A stretch of DNA of 64,000 bases from Candidatus Cloacimonadales bacterium (GCA_963677495.2 CAXXOU010000001.1:256001-320000); one strand, 5' to 3'. Shown: positions 30,639 through 40,376, numbered from the stretch's first letter. The notes: generated from the letters alone by a model not told the origin. Program-made: numbers and translations.

Positions 30639-30694
30639 TAAGATTCTTTTTAGGAAGTCCGTTCTCCCGTTGGTCGTGACAAACTCCCTAAAAA
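30639..30694. repeat. Dispersed hairpin repeat, family H (downstream of radical SAM gene)
   Basis: Direct copy of 28404-28458. Confidence 0.85.
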
Positions 30695-30732
30695 GAGAGA
30701 TGAGACAGAGATAAACGCCCCGGAGAGACGTT

Positions 30733-31377
30733 TTACTTACAATACTCCTTAACCTTCTCAATAAAGAACTCTCTTATCTCATGGAGCTTTTCATCTGAAA
30801 TGTTTTCTGGTGCTAGAATCTGGCAATAAGCATTAGTTGTTCCTTCTGTTATTGAGGTTCTTACTGAATCAGTCATAGGAGAACCGAATGCTCCTTGTGA
30901 ATCTGAATAGACTATGCGTTCGTTAAAATTGATGACTTGATGATTAAGAGCAAGATACTCATCGTCCGGTTTACCAAGGCGAATCTCTATATCTCCCACA
31001 ATCTTGGAACTATCATATATACAAACCGGTAACTGATACTTCAAAGATATGAAATTTCCTAAATCAACAAGATTGTTCACACGATAAAACTCTTTATTCT
31101 TCAATGCTCTACGCAGTAATGCTTCAGAAGATGGTCTCCTCTTTGTTGGGTCCATCCCTAATGCATGAAACAGCTTACGTACATCTTTCACACCCGGGAT
31201 TTCAGTAACTGCTTTACCATCGTACTTCTCTCGAAACTCTTCCCCGCACTTTAACAACTCTGCGTGTATTGCCTCATTTTTGTATATCTTAATCCCGCTT
31301 ACATGAAAGACACACACCTTCAAAGGTAGGTTATCTTTAACCGGATATTCACTATCTTCAACATATCTGAAATCCAT
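30733..31377 (-). CDS. B3/B4 tRNA-binding domain protein (stand-alone PheT B3/4-like)
   Basis: GMDPTKRRPSSEALLRR, VNNLVDLGNFISL, DSQGAFGSPMTDSVRT; start reassigned to MDFRY after GAGGA. Confidence 0.88.
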   Translation of the reverse strand: MDFRYVEDSEYPVKDNLPLKVCVFHVSGIKIYKNEAIHAELLKCGEEFREKYDGKAVTEIPGVKDVRKLFHALGMDPTKRRPSSEALLRRALKNKEFYRVNNLVDLGNFISLKYQLPVCIYDSSKIVGDIEIRLGKPDDEYLALNHQVINFNERIVYSDSQGAFGSPMTDSVRTSITEGTTNAYCQILAPENISDEKLHEIREFFIEKVKEYCK

Positions 31378-31518
31378 AGTTTCCTCACAAATCTTAGTAA
31401 CAACATACTTATACATCACAGCTATATGTCCAGAAATATCTATACAAAACCATAAAAACATTGACATTTTCCAACTCAATGCTTAAATAGGTGAAAATAT
31501 CTCATAAGTGAGGTTCTG

Positions 31519-32844
31519 ATGTTAATAAGATTTTCCTGTAAGAATATCCTTTCGTTCTACGAAGAGATAGATTTCCGACTCTTTCCGGGAGCCCCGAGAA
31601 AGAATAAGGATCATATTATCAAAACTCCGGGAAAGAACCCTAATGTGCTTAAGGCATGTCTAATCTATGGTGCAAACGCGTCAGGAAAATCTAACCTGGT
31701 TAAAGCTATTGATATTGGCAAAAGGTTCATCATAAGCGGACCTAAGAATCCTGCTATGGTTGCTCTCCCCCGCTTCAAGATGAAGAAGGGAGCAAATGAA
31801 GAAGACAGTTCCTTCGAATTCACATTTTTCGCAGGTGGACGTGTATACCTTTATGGCTTCATTGCCGGAACAACAGAGATTAAACAGGAATGGTGTTATC
31901 AGCTGATTGCTCGTAAGCCTAAACCATTGTTTCAACGAATCACTGAGAATGGCAGAACCAAAGTTGCTTTAGCTTTAAACATGAATGAAGAGAAACAAGT
32001 ATCATTTAATCAAGCTTTCTTGGAAACAGCAACAGCACCCTCTAAACTTGTGCTAACTACTATCATGCATAGCTTTGCTCCCAACTACTCCCATATTACC
32101 GGATGGTTTGCTTACAAACTCAAGATTATCTATCCTAATACAAAGTATCTCAACATGTTTAACATCCTCACAGACGAGGAGTTCTATAACTTCGTTAACA
32201 AGATGCTTTCCAAACTCGATACAGGTATTTCAAATCTAACTAAACGTACACTTGACTTTGATGATAACAGGGTCAATATTCCTCCTAAGATGAAAGATGA
32301 CATCCGTCGAAACATACGAGAAAAGGGTGTTATCCTTGTAAGAGGTGTTACATCACAACGAGAGCTTTACGCTGTTTCAATGCGTAATGGTATAATCAAA
32401 GCAGATAAGCTTGTGTTCTCACACCAGATTCCGGGTGAAGAGTTCATTGATTTTGATATTGGTGAAGAATCTGATGGTACAAGCCGTCTTCTTGACCTGC
32501 TTCCAACTCTATATGATCTTAAGAATAATGATTCTGTTTACATAATCGATGAGATTGAGCGCAGCCTGCATACTGTCCTAATTCGTGGACTCTTTAGAGA
32601 ATATTTCAACTTCCATGGTACGAATAGAAGTCAGCTAATCGCAACAACACATGACACTAATCTACTTGATTTAACCCTCTTTAGGCGTGATGAGTTTTGG
32701 TTTATCAAGAAGAACTATTTCCATACATCTGAGTTATACTCAATGGAGGAGTTCAAAGAAAGATTTGATAAGCGTATAGCCAGAGACTATCTCAGCGGTA
32801 GATATGGTGCTATCCCAGTAATTGAGCTGTTCAACGAGGAGTAG
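31519..32844 (+). CDS. AAA_21 family ATPase (RloA/AbiLi-like)
   Basis: IYGANASGKSN Walker A; ESDGT; IIDEIERSLH Walker B; QLIATTHD; YLSGRYGAIP. Confidence 0.9.
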   Translation: MLIRFSCKNILSFYEEIDFRLFPGAPRKNKDHIIKTPGKNPNVLKACLIYGANASGKSNLVKAIDIGKRFIISGPKNPAMVALPRFKMKKGANEEDSSFEFTFFAGGRVYLYGFIAGTTEIKQEWCYQLIARKPKPLFQRITENGRTKVALALNMNEEKQVSFNQAFLETATAPSKLVLTTIMHSFAPNYSHITGWFAYKLKIIYPNTKYLNMFNILTDEEFYNFVNKMLSKLDTGISNLTKRTLDFDDNRVNIPPKMKDDIRRNIREKGVILVRGVTSQRELYAVSMRNGIIKADKLVFSHQIPGEEFIDFDIGEESDGTSRLLDLLPTLYDLKNNDSVYIIDEIERSLHTVLIRGLFREYFNFHGTNRSQLIATTHDTNLLDLTLFRRDEFWFIKKNYFHTSELYSMEEFKERFDKRIARDYLSGRYGAIPVIELFNEE

Positions 32845-32846
32845 GG

Positions 32847-33488
32847 ATGCCATTCACACAACTACGTGAGATAAAACCATTCACTCACCCAAAGAAGCGA
32901 ACAACTAAGAAGATTATCATCTCCACAGAGGGTAGTAAAACTGAACCTGCCTACTTCAAAGCACTTGCTTCTCTTGTAAAAGAGAATATTTCTTTTATCT
33001 TCCTCGAACGTAATATCGAAGGACATTCTGCCCCTAAGTACATTGTTGGTTTGATTGATGAATATATTGAGAAAGAAGTAGCTGAGTTCGGTTCTCGCAA
33101 AGCCTTTGAACGCTATAACGATGAGTATTGGGTTGTGATTGATCAAGACAGTTGGACTGACCTACCCCGAATTGCACGTGAATGCAAACGAAAGGGATAC
33201 AATCTTGCTATTAGTAACCCCTGTTTTGAGCTATGGATTCTAATGCACTATATCCCTGAGCATCGATTAGCAGAGCTAAGATTATTGGAAGTGTATAAAG
33301 ATGTGCAACACCTTATGAAACAGTTTATGGGTGGATATAGTAAGAGCAGGTTCAACTTCTCTAAGTTGTTACCCAAACTGCAACACGCACTTCAGATGGC
33401 TGAGATAATGGAGTTAGATAGACAAAGTAGCCTACCGGGACCGGGTGAAACTAAGGTTCATCATCTTGTGAGGAAACTTACTGTCTAA
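32847..33488 (+). CDS. RloB family (TOPRIM-like, AbiLii-like) protein
   Basis: EGSKTEPAYF, WVVIDQD, SNPCFELWILMH; directly follows the AAA_21 ATPase. Confidence 0.9.
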   Translation: MPFTQLREIKPFTHPKKRTTKKIIISTEGSKTEPAYFKALASLVKENISFIFLERNIEGHSAPKYIVGLIDEYIEKEVAEFGSRKAFERYNDEYWVVIDQDSWTDLPRIARECKRKGYNLAISNPCFELWILMHYIPEHRLAELRLLEVYKDVQHLMKQFMGGYSKSRFNFSKLLPKLQHALQMAEIMELDRQSSLPGPGETKVHHLVRKLTV

Positions 33489-34332
33489 ATTGTCCCTTTT
33501 GAAGTATCTTTGCATCAACATATTCTTTAGGTATTGACTCTTCGTTCAAAGCTCTCACAGGATTTATGTCAATCCCACCTCTTCTTGTATAGAAAGCTAT
33601 AACAATTAGCTCTTTTGGGGCAAGCAGATCATAAAGTCTTTTATAGATAGTCTCCACAATCTCCTCATGGAAATGGTTCTCATCCCGGAAGGATATTATA
33701 TATTTAAGCAAATCTTCATGTTTAAGCTTTCTATCAGCTTTATAACTTATCAATACATCCCCCCAATCAGGTTGGTTAGTAACTCTACAGTTGCTCTTCA
33801 GGAGAGTTGAATAAAGCGTTTCTTCTGTCTCTTCATGTTTCATGCAACTCAATAGCTCCGGAGTTTCACTATAAGTATCAACAGATTCTATAGCACCTGC
33901 TAAGTTATCTAAATTAACCGCAGCAAGTTCAAACAATGTAGCTGCTTCTGCATAGAAGAAATCTATCTCTACTTTGCATTCAAGCAGCTCCTCCAGATCA
34001 TTTTGTACAGTATGCGTCAGGTTCTTTCGAGCTGATTCCGGGCACTCGCCCATCTTTTCCATATTGAAAGAATTAAAGTATAGTTTAAGTGATTTGCTTT
34101 CAACAATGAACTCTGAGTTAGCAGGTACAACCAGTTTCCCAATAGCAGCTTGCGGAGCACCATTTATCAGCAGATAACTCACCTCGTATATATGCCAAAC
34201 ATCAAAGCCTTTAAATGGCAAGTTGGCATTATGTATATCAAGATGCTCTCTATTCAAACTTCGTGGAACTCTTTCCAATTGAGTCGGGTCATAGTTTCTG
34301 GGATAGGATGATGTTCTACCTAAAGCTTTCAT
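33478..34332 (-). CDS. queF: NADPH-dependent 7-cyano-7-deazaguanine reductase (bimodular type)
   Basis: VESKSLKLYFNS, LKSNCRVTNQPDWG, FHEE, YTRRGGIDINP. Confidence 0.96.
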   Translation of the reverse strand: MKALGRTSSYPRNYDPTQLERVPRSLNREHLDIHNANLPFKGFDVWHIYEVSYLLINGAPQAAIGKLVVPANSEFIVESKSLKLYFNSFNMEKMGECPESARKNLTHTVQNDLEELLECKVEIDFFYAEAATLFELAAVNLDNLAGAIESVDTYSETPELLSCMKHEETEETLYSTLLKSNCRVTNQPDWGDVLISYKADRKLKHEDLLKYIISFRDENHFHEEIVETIYKRLYDLLAPKELIVIAFYTRRGGIDINPVRALNEESIPKEYVDAKILQKGQFRQ

Positions 34333-36038
34333 TTCAACTCCACTGCCAGGTCTGCGTTATCTAAATCTAGCCAAGACCCATATTTTACTTTCATGTTTGC
34401 ATCTTTTGGGAGGTAAGTACGCTCCTCTTTTATTGTAAATGTTGTATGATTAAGGTTGGTTATTTCCAGCACAGCTTTCTCTTTAATCGCACCGGAGAAA
34501 GGGATTCTAATCAGACCGTTTTCAACTTTCCCTTCCACAATTCTACTTCTGATACGCATACCATTTCTGTTAAGAACAGTTACACGTAAATCATATTCGC
34601 TATCATCAGTGCTAATACTCAGAGTATCGAATCTCACAATCTCCTCATCGAAGTCAGCGGCCTTATACTCAATCCTAACCTTACATTCAGGATAAAGACT
34701 AAAGCAATTAAGTTCAGATTCATCCAAACAATATGAATGCTTTGGTAGCACAGTCTTTATGGTCATCTCAGGTAATGGATTGACGATATTCTCAAACGGT
34801 ATTTGAAACTGTTGAAGTTTAGCTCTATGGCTTTCTACAACAAACAGATAATCGTTCTCAATAAGCAAACGAGTCTTACCGTTTGGGAGGTATTTAAAGA
34901 TATACCCCGCAGAATTGGTTTTCCTTTCTGTATAATATGAGGATGGATAATCAAACCACTGGAAGTCTGTATTAATCAATGGCTTTTGCTTCTTATCCAT
35001 TATTCTAACAGACACAGTTTTCTCTAATACATCCTCTGCAACAGCGTTAAATGCCATCAGATGCTTATCAATAATCTTCAACAGCTGTTCTTCTCCCGGT
35101 CTGATAACTGAGTAACCCTCTTCAGTATTACCACCTGTCTCAATATCAAAGGCAAGTGTTCCGTGTTTCGCATATATATAATGACGCAGATAACCAATCA
35201 TTGTATTACGGCCAAGATGAAGCTCATAATTACCTTCAAGATAATCTTTAGGAAGCTTGTTTGTCAACACTGTACCAAGCTCTACAAAGTGATCATAATC
35301 CGGACTCTTCTCCTCACCGTCATTCCACGGGAAGTAGATTCTCTCTGAAAAGTTGCCGGTAGCAGAGCTATGATAATTCAAAGCATAGGTGAAATGCTCT
35401 CTTGCAAAGAAATCCTGCATAGCCAATACTTCCGACTCTGTTGCAGGAGCATGTCCCTTAAAATATATACTCTCAGGATGTGGCCTTGCAAAGTCAAACC
35501 AGTTAAAGTCAAAGTTCTTATTCAGGTCTACTCCATCCCTTAATACGTCCAGATATCCATCAAAGTTACTATCAGTCAGATTCTTCCTGCAAAGATAGAA
35601 ACCACCTGATGAGACCATATCATAGCCTTCCGGGTTCATAGAAGGTACAAACCAAAGCTCAAATCTATCAATTAACTCAGTTACTGAAGGATTTACTCCA
35701 TAGTAGCTTGTAACGTAGTCCAGAATAGATAAACAAATTTCAACTCCTATTACCTCTTCACCTTGTGATGATCCATGAATTAGAAGTGAAGGTCTGTTTG
35801 TAAGATTTCGGCTTACATGATTAGAAACACGAACAGCATAAATCGGTTTCAAAGAATATCCACTGTGACCTATGATTTCCCAACTTGCTAGTTCGGGATA
35901 ACCATTGCACACCTGCTTTATTTCCTCTACCATCTCAGGATATGTATGATATATATCCGGTAATGGATAGTAATTCCTCTGTGCAAACAGAAATGATGTT
36001 ATAAATATTAAAAGGAAGCTTAACTTCTTAAATCGCAT
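34329..36038 (-). CDS. Secreted M14 zinc carboxypeptidase-like protein
   Basis: Signal peptide; YHTYPEM, WFVPSMNPEG, GVDLNKNF, LNYHS; first Zn ligand appears substituted. Confidence 0.8.
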   Translation of the reverse strand: MRFKKLSFLLIFITSFLFAQRNYYPLPDIYHTYPEMVEEIKQVCNGYPELASWEIIGHSGYSLKPIYAVRVSNHVSRNLTNRPSLLIHGSSQGEEVIGVEICLSILDYVTSYYGVNPSVTELIDRFELWFVPSMNPEGYDMVSSGGFYLCRKNLTDSNFDGYLDVLRDGVDLNKNFDFNWFDFARPHPESIYFKGHAPATESEVLAMQDFFAREHFTYALNYHSSATGNFSERIYFPWNDGEEKSPDYDHFVELGTVLTNKLPKDYLEGNYELHLGRNTMIGYLRHYIYAKHGTLAFDIETGGNTEEGYSVIRPGEEQLLKIIDKHLMAFNAVAEDVLEKTVSVRIMDKKQKPLINTDFQWFDYPSSYYTERKTNSAGYIFKYLPNGKTRLLIENDYLFVVESHRAKLQQFQIPFENIVNPLPEMTIKTVLPKHSYCLDESELNCFSLYPECKVRIEYKAADFDEEIVRFDTLSISTDDSEYDLRVTVLNRNGMRIRSRIVEGKVENGLIRIPFSGAIKEKAVLEITNLNHTTFTIKEERTYLPKDANMKVKYGSWLDLDNADLAVELK

Positions 36039-36387
36039 CTATGAATCTGTAACCTCTTATCTTACTTTGTTATGGGATTGAGCTGGGATTACACTATTAG
36101 TCAAGCACTTTCTTGTAGCTGCACCCTTTATATCATGCGAACTAAGGTCGATTCGAGTGATCCGGACAGTGTCAAAGGATTTACTTATGCATATCATGGT
36201 CTAAGTCCATCATCCCGATCGAATGAGGTTACGAACGAGTAGAGGGAACTCTCCGATAACTTTAGTCTCCCAACAAAAAAGAGCCACTCCCAAGCTCTCA
36301 ATGATTACAGTGAAACTTACTTTGTTATTATCAACCTAGGTACTTCTCTTTATCTAATCTTTACAAAACGCTTGAATCACGCTAGTT

Positions 36388-36452
36388 CCTCCCTATAGCC
36401 TCCCTAGACCCTCCCTATGAAACCCTAAAGTTATCCACATCGTGTGCATAAC
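36388..36452. repeat. Dispersed inverted repeat, right copy (CTCCCT array plus paired DnaA boxes)
   Basis: Reverse complement of 28095-28159; TTATCCACA 36431-36439, TGTGCATAA 36443-36451. Confidence 0.92.
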
Positions 36453-36643
36453 TTATTTAAAGGTGCAATAAAACTCTTATAAAGACAAAGTAAAGGGACC
36501 TAGCAGACTCATAATTCACGTGATAGATAACTAAGATAGTTAAAACAACAGACATTGTGTAACAACATAGATTAATCTACATTCACGCATAATCTTATTG
36601 ACAGGTGGAGTGGTGAAATTTTCCCTACAATCAGAGGAAAAAT

Positions 36644-38443
36644 ATGAAACAGGAAAATATCAGAAACTTTTGTATTATAGCCCATATTGATCATGGGAAA
36701 TCGACCTTAGCAGATCGAATGTTAGAGGTCACAAATGTTATTGATAAGCATAAAATGGTCGCTCAGATTCTTGATGACATGGATCTTGAGCGTGAAAAAG
36801 GGATTACAATTAAATCCCATGCGATTAGGTTACCCTACACTTATAAGGGTGAAGACTATGTCTTGAACCTTATCGATACACCGGGACACGTTGACTTCTC
36901 ATATGAAGTGTCACGTAGTCTTGCATCATGTGAAGGTGCACTGCTTCTGGTTGATGCTGCCCAGGGAATTGAAGCTCAGACAATGAGTAACATGTATCTT
37001 GCGATGGAGAATGATCTGGAGATTATCCCTGTTGCGAATAAGATTGACCTGCCCAAAGCAGATATTGAAGGAACTATCCATGATATCGTAGAAGTACTTG
37101 GAACAGACCCGGATATTATTCAAAAAGTTAGTGGTAAAACCGGTGAGAATGTAGACCTTCTTTTAGAGTCAGTTATTGAACATATTCCGGCACCGAATGG
37201 AGATAAAGATAAACCTGCAAAAGCCCTTATATTCGACTCATACTTTGATAAGTATCGTGGTGTGATTATTCTGGTTAGATTAGTTGATGGAGCCTTATCT
37301 AAAGGGGATACTATCAAGTTAATGTCTAACGGTAAGGAGCACTCGATTGAAGAGATTGGTTATCTGGGCATTAAACAGGAGCCAACAAAGGGCCTTACAA
37401 CCGGTGAAGTTGGCTACATTATTGCCAATATCAAAGAGATTGGTGATGCACGTGTGGGTGATACAATTACACTCGCAAAAGACGGATGTACTGATATCCT
37501 TCCCGGGTTCCAGGAACCAAAGCCAATGGTTTATAGTGGTATCTTCCCGATAAATGGAGAGGACTATGCTGACCTTGTTGAAGCTATGGGTAAACTTAAG
37601 CTCAATGACGCATCGCTTGTTTATGAAAAAGAGAGTTCCTTAGCTCTTGGATATGGCTTCCGCTGCGGTTTCCTTGGTATGCTTCATCTTGAGATTGTGA
37701 AAGAGCGTTTCCTACGTGAATACAATCTCCCGATTATCGCTACTACACCGAGTGTTAAGTTCATAATCACAATGACTAACGGTGAAGAACGAGTAGTGTA
37801 TAATCCTGTGGATTTCCCTGACCCTGCTCATATCGACTTCATTCAAGAACCTATAATGAACACTGAGATTATTGTGCCTGCTGAGTATATTGGTAGTATT
37901 ATGAAACTTGCGCAGGACAGACGTGGTGTTCAGCGAGATATGCAGTATATCGATGAGAAGCGTGTTGCAATCCATTATGATCTTCCATTGATTGAGATTA
38001 TTTTTGACTTCTATGATAAACTTAAGACTGTCAGCCGAGGTTACGCTTCACTTGATTACAGCTTCAAAACCTACCAACGCTCAAAAGTTGCTAAGGTTGA
38101 TATCCTTGTGAACGGTGATAAAGTTGATGCACTTTCATTTATCTGCCATGAGGAGAAGGCTTATAGCTGGGGTAAAGCTATCACAACAACACTTTCCGAG
38201 GAGATTCCAAAGCATCTCTTCAAAGTTGCTATCCAAGCAGCTATTGGAGGTAAGATAGTTGCCCGTTCTACTGTAAACGCTATGCGTAAGGATGTTATAG
38301 CCAAGTGTTATGGTGGAGACATCTCCCGTAAGCGTAAGTTACTAGAAAAGCAGAAGAAAGGTAAAAAGAGAATGAAAGAGTTTGGCTCAGTATCAGTACC
38401 GCAGGAAGCCTTCCTCGCTGTGCTGAAAGCTAATAGAGAATAG
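36644..38443 (+). CDS. lepA: Translation elongation factor 4
   Basis: IRNFCIIAHIDHGKSTLADR, DTPGHVDF, GFRCGFLGMLH, KCYGGDISRKRKLLEKQK. Confidence 0.99.
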   Translation: MKQENIRNFCIIAHIDHGKSTLADRMLEVTNVIDKHKMVAQILDDMDLEREKGITIKSHAIRLPYTYKGEDYVLNLIDTPGHVDFSYEVSRSLASCEGALLLVDAAQGIEAQTMSNMYLAMENDLEIIPVANKIDLPKADIEGTIHDIVEVLGTDPDIIQKVSGKTGENVDLLLESVIEHIPAPNGDKDKPAKALIFDSYFDKYRGVIILVRLVDGALSKGDTIKLMSNGKEHSIEEIGYLGIKQEPTKGLTTGEVGYIIANIKEIGDARVGDTITLAKDGCTDILPGFQEPKPMVYSGIFPINGEDYADLVEAMGKLKLNDASLVYEKESSLALGYGFRCGFLGMLHLEIVKERFLREYNLPIIATTPSVKFIITMTNGEERVVYNPVDFPDPAHIDFIQEPIMNTEIIVPAEYIGSIMKLAQDRRGVQRDMQYIDEKRVAIHYDLPLIEIIFDFYDKLKTVSRGYASLDYSFKTYQRSKVAKVDILVNGDKVDALSFICHEEKAYSWGKAITTTLSEEIPKHLFKVAIQAAIGGKIVARSTVNAMRKDVIAKCYGGDISRKRKLLEKQKKGKKRMKEFGSVSVPQEAFLAVLKANRE

Positions 38444-38447
38444 ATTT

Positions 38448-38478
38448 AAAAGACGCGCTTAATTGTGCGTCTTTTTTT
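38448..38478 (+). terminator. Intrinsic terminator after lepA
   Basis: AAAAGACGC...GCGTCTTTTTTT. Confidence 0.85.
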
Positions 38479-38487
38479 ATGTGCGAA

Positions 38488-38514
38488 GCCCCCTGCGAGA
38501 GGATTGCAGGGGGC
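38488..38514 (-). terminator. GC-rich hairpin, probable terminator for the 38542-39750 gene
   Basis: GCCCCCTGC...GCAGGGGGC. Confidence 0.65.
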
Positions 38515-38541
38515 ATTTATTATTGGATATATGAAGAAGCT

Positions 38542-39750
38542 TTATAGTTTCAGGTAACCCATATTGGCGATAACATCAGTATCCTCTTCGAGTTCCTTTA
38601 CTGCTGTGTTGTCTTCGACTGAACCTTTATTGATTTTGAGCTTCATCTGGATTAGTCCGTAGAGTTCTTTACCAACAAGGATTTCACCATAGTTGTCGAT
38701 AGCAGTAATCTTCTCATTGAGAAGTTCAGCAGGGATACCATCATCGATAATCATCTCACCTTTGTTGAGGATGTGGTAAGTGTTTTCTGAAAACTTAAGT
38801 TCAGTTTCGGTGATGGTTCTTTCTCCATTGTTGATGATCAACTTACCATCATAAGTCATCACTTTTATGTTTGTTTCAGTGATAGGAATAAGTGCATCGA
38901 GTAGGTGTTTTGGGGCATAGATTGCTTTCGCACCGAGAATACGTTCGATACCTTTAGTCAGAGACTCAGCATCTACATCATGCTCAAAGATGATTGTTCC
39001 GGCTGAATACACTTTGTCAGCAGTACGGCGTTTGAGCTCAATGGCATCAAACACTGTATTACCTGCAATCAACTCACAGTTATCCGGGATAATTCTTGTA
39101 TCTCCCATAACATTACCGGCACTCTTCTTCTCAAAGACTTCCTGATACTTCTCTCTGAAGATTGCAAGTCCCATCACTTTAAGTGACTTAATCTTCTTAT
39201 CGAAGAGCTCTATATCGAAGTCGTTTATCATCTTGATTGTACCCATCACATCAATACTTGTGTCATCTTCAAGTGACTGTAACCATTCTTGAGTAACATT
39301 TTTGGTACCCTTCACAGTCTCTTTCTCAGGATTGAACTCTTGGAACATACCGATGTTCTTAATAACCTTAGCTTTAACCACACCCATAAGAACTGTTGGG
39401 CATTCGACGATTCCTACATTATAAATTCCGCCAACTTTCTCATTGAACAGTTCTTTAGTAACATCATCATGTATTCTTACTACACCAACTACCAATACCT
39501 TCAACGGTTGATCTTGACTTTCGAGGTAGATACGATTAATTTCAACGTTACCCATCTCGATTTTGTAATCTTCGTCGATCTCTTCCATCATACCAACATT
39601 GCTCATTGAGATTGTACCGATAAGCCCACGTTGTTTTTCAGAGTAGAGAACAACTCCGGCATTTGAGATGCTTTTAATGTTTGCTATCGCTTTTTCGTCA
39701 GCATATCTAAGGTCTACAGCACCAATATTCTTAATACTCTTTGGATTCAT
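38542..39750 (-). CDS. Conserved-looking cytoplasmic hypothetical protein with internal N(V/I)G-type repeats
   Basis: Long ORF, AGGAG RBS, 15 bp downstream of the ECF sigma gene. Confidence 0.75.
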   Translation of the reverse strand: MNPKSIKNIGAVDLRYADEKAIANIKSISNAGVVLYSEKQRGLIGTISMSNVGMMEEIDEDYKIEMGNVEINRIYLESQDQPLKVLVVGVVRIHDDVTKELFNEKVGGIYNVGIVECPTVLMGVVKAKVIKNIGMFQEFNPEKETVKGTKNVTQEWLQSLEDDTSIDVMGTIKMINDFDIELFDKKIKSLKVMGLAIFREKYQEVFEKKSAGNVMGDTRIIPDNCELIAGNTVFDAIELKRRTADKVYSAGTIIFEHDVDAESLTKGIERILGAKAIYAPKHLLDALIPITETNIKVMTYDGKLIINNGERTITETELKFSENTYHILNKGEMIIDDGIPAELLNEKITAIDNYGEILVGKELYGLIQMKLKINKGSVEDNTAVKELEEDTDVIANMGYLKL

Positions 39751-39764
39751 GATTTACTCCTTTG

Positions 39765-40229
39765 TTAATCTAAATCAGCCAAATTTCGGAGCTTCTTAAT
39801 CGCTCCACTAAGTTTCCAACGGACAGTTGACTTTGGCATATCAAGTGCCCTTGCAATCTCGCTCGAATTTCTTCCGAGCCAGTATTTCTGTTTAATTAGT
39901 AGCTGTTCCTCATCGCTGAGGTGAGAGATCATGGTTCTAATGAGCCATTTCTTTTCGAATTGAGGTTCAACTACCGGTTCATACACTTCTGCAAACGCTA
40001 CGAATACCCGTTCCCGTTTCTTATTGATAAGTAGGTTCTTGATTACTTTGAAAAGCCATGATCTGATTTGGGATGGCTTCAGTCTGGCTAAAAGGAGTTG
40101 GTTGTTGATGATTTTGAGATAGGTATCCTGAACGATATCATCAGCTAAGTCTCTATCTTTCGCAATAGAGAAGGCGAAGCCTTTAATCTGTTCATCGAAT
40201 TTCTCAATTATCATGTCAACTGTCTGCAT
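39765..40229 (-). CDS. ECF-type RNA polymerase sigma factor
   Basis: LADDIVQDTYLK and SWLFKVIKN (region 2); SEIARALDMPKSTVRWKL (region 4); start MQTVD after AAGGAG. Confidence 0.88.
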   Translation of the reverse strand: MQTVDMIIEKFDEQIKGFAFSIAKDRDLADDIVQDTYLKIINNQLLLARLKPSQIRSWLFKVIKNLLINKKRERVFVAFAEVYEPVVEPQFEKKWLIRTMISHLSDEEQLLIKQKYWLGRNSSEIARALDMPKSTVRWKLSGAIKKLRNLADLD

Positions 40230-40251
40230 TTTAACTCCTTTCATAAGCTAA

Positions 40252-40277
40252 GACGGATAAGTGATGCAAAGTGTTGG
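40252..40277 (-). promoter_or_regulatory. Putative ECF-sigma autoregulatory promoter
   Basis: Minus strand CCAAC-N17-CGTC directly upstream of the sigma gene. Confidence 0.6.
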
Positions 40278-40322
40278 TAGTTTTTTATAATAATCTGATT
40301 TAAAGAATTCTTTTAGATAAAA

Positions 40323-40354
40323 GAAAACTTCTTACCGGGTGGCAAGAAGTTTTC
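40323..40354 (-). terminator. Intrinsic terminator
   Basis: GAAAACTTCTT...AAGAAGTTTTC stem after the 40377 stop. Confidence 0.7.
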
Positions 40355-40376
40355 CTTGTGTGTTTGGCAAGTTTAT

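Noticed and set aside
36073..36090. TGGGATT twice at 11-bp spacing
   Set aside because: Only two units and no inverted arm; insufficient to call an array.
36116..36147. preQ1-I riboswitch-like string (TAGCTGCACCCTTTATA...AACTAAGG) near the queF operon
   Set aside because: It is on the strand opposite to queF, lacks the 5' arm of P1 and lacks the A-rich tail; probably coincidental (Infernal RF00522 would settle it).
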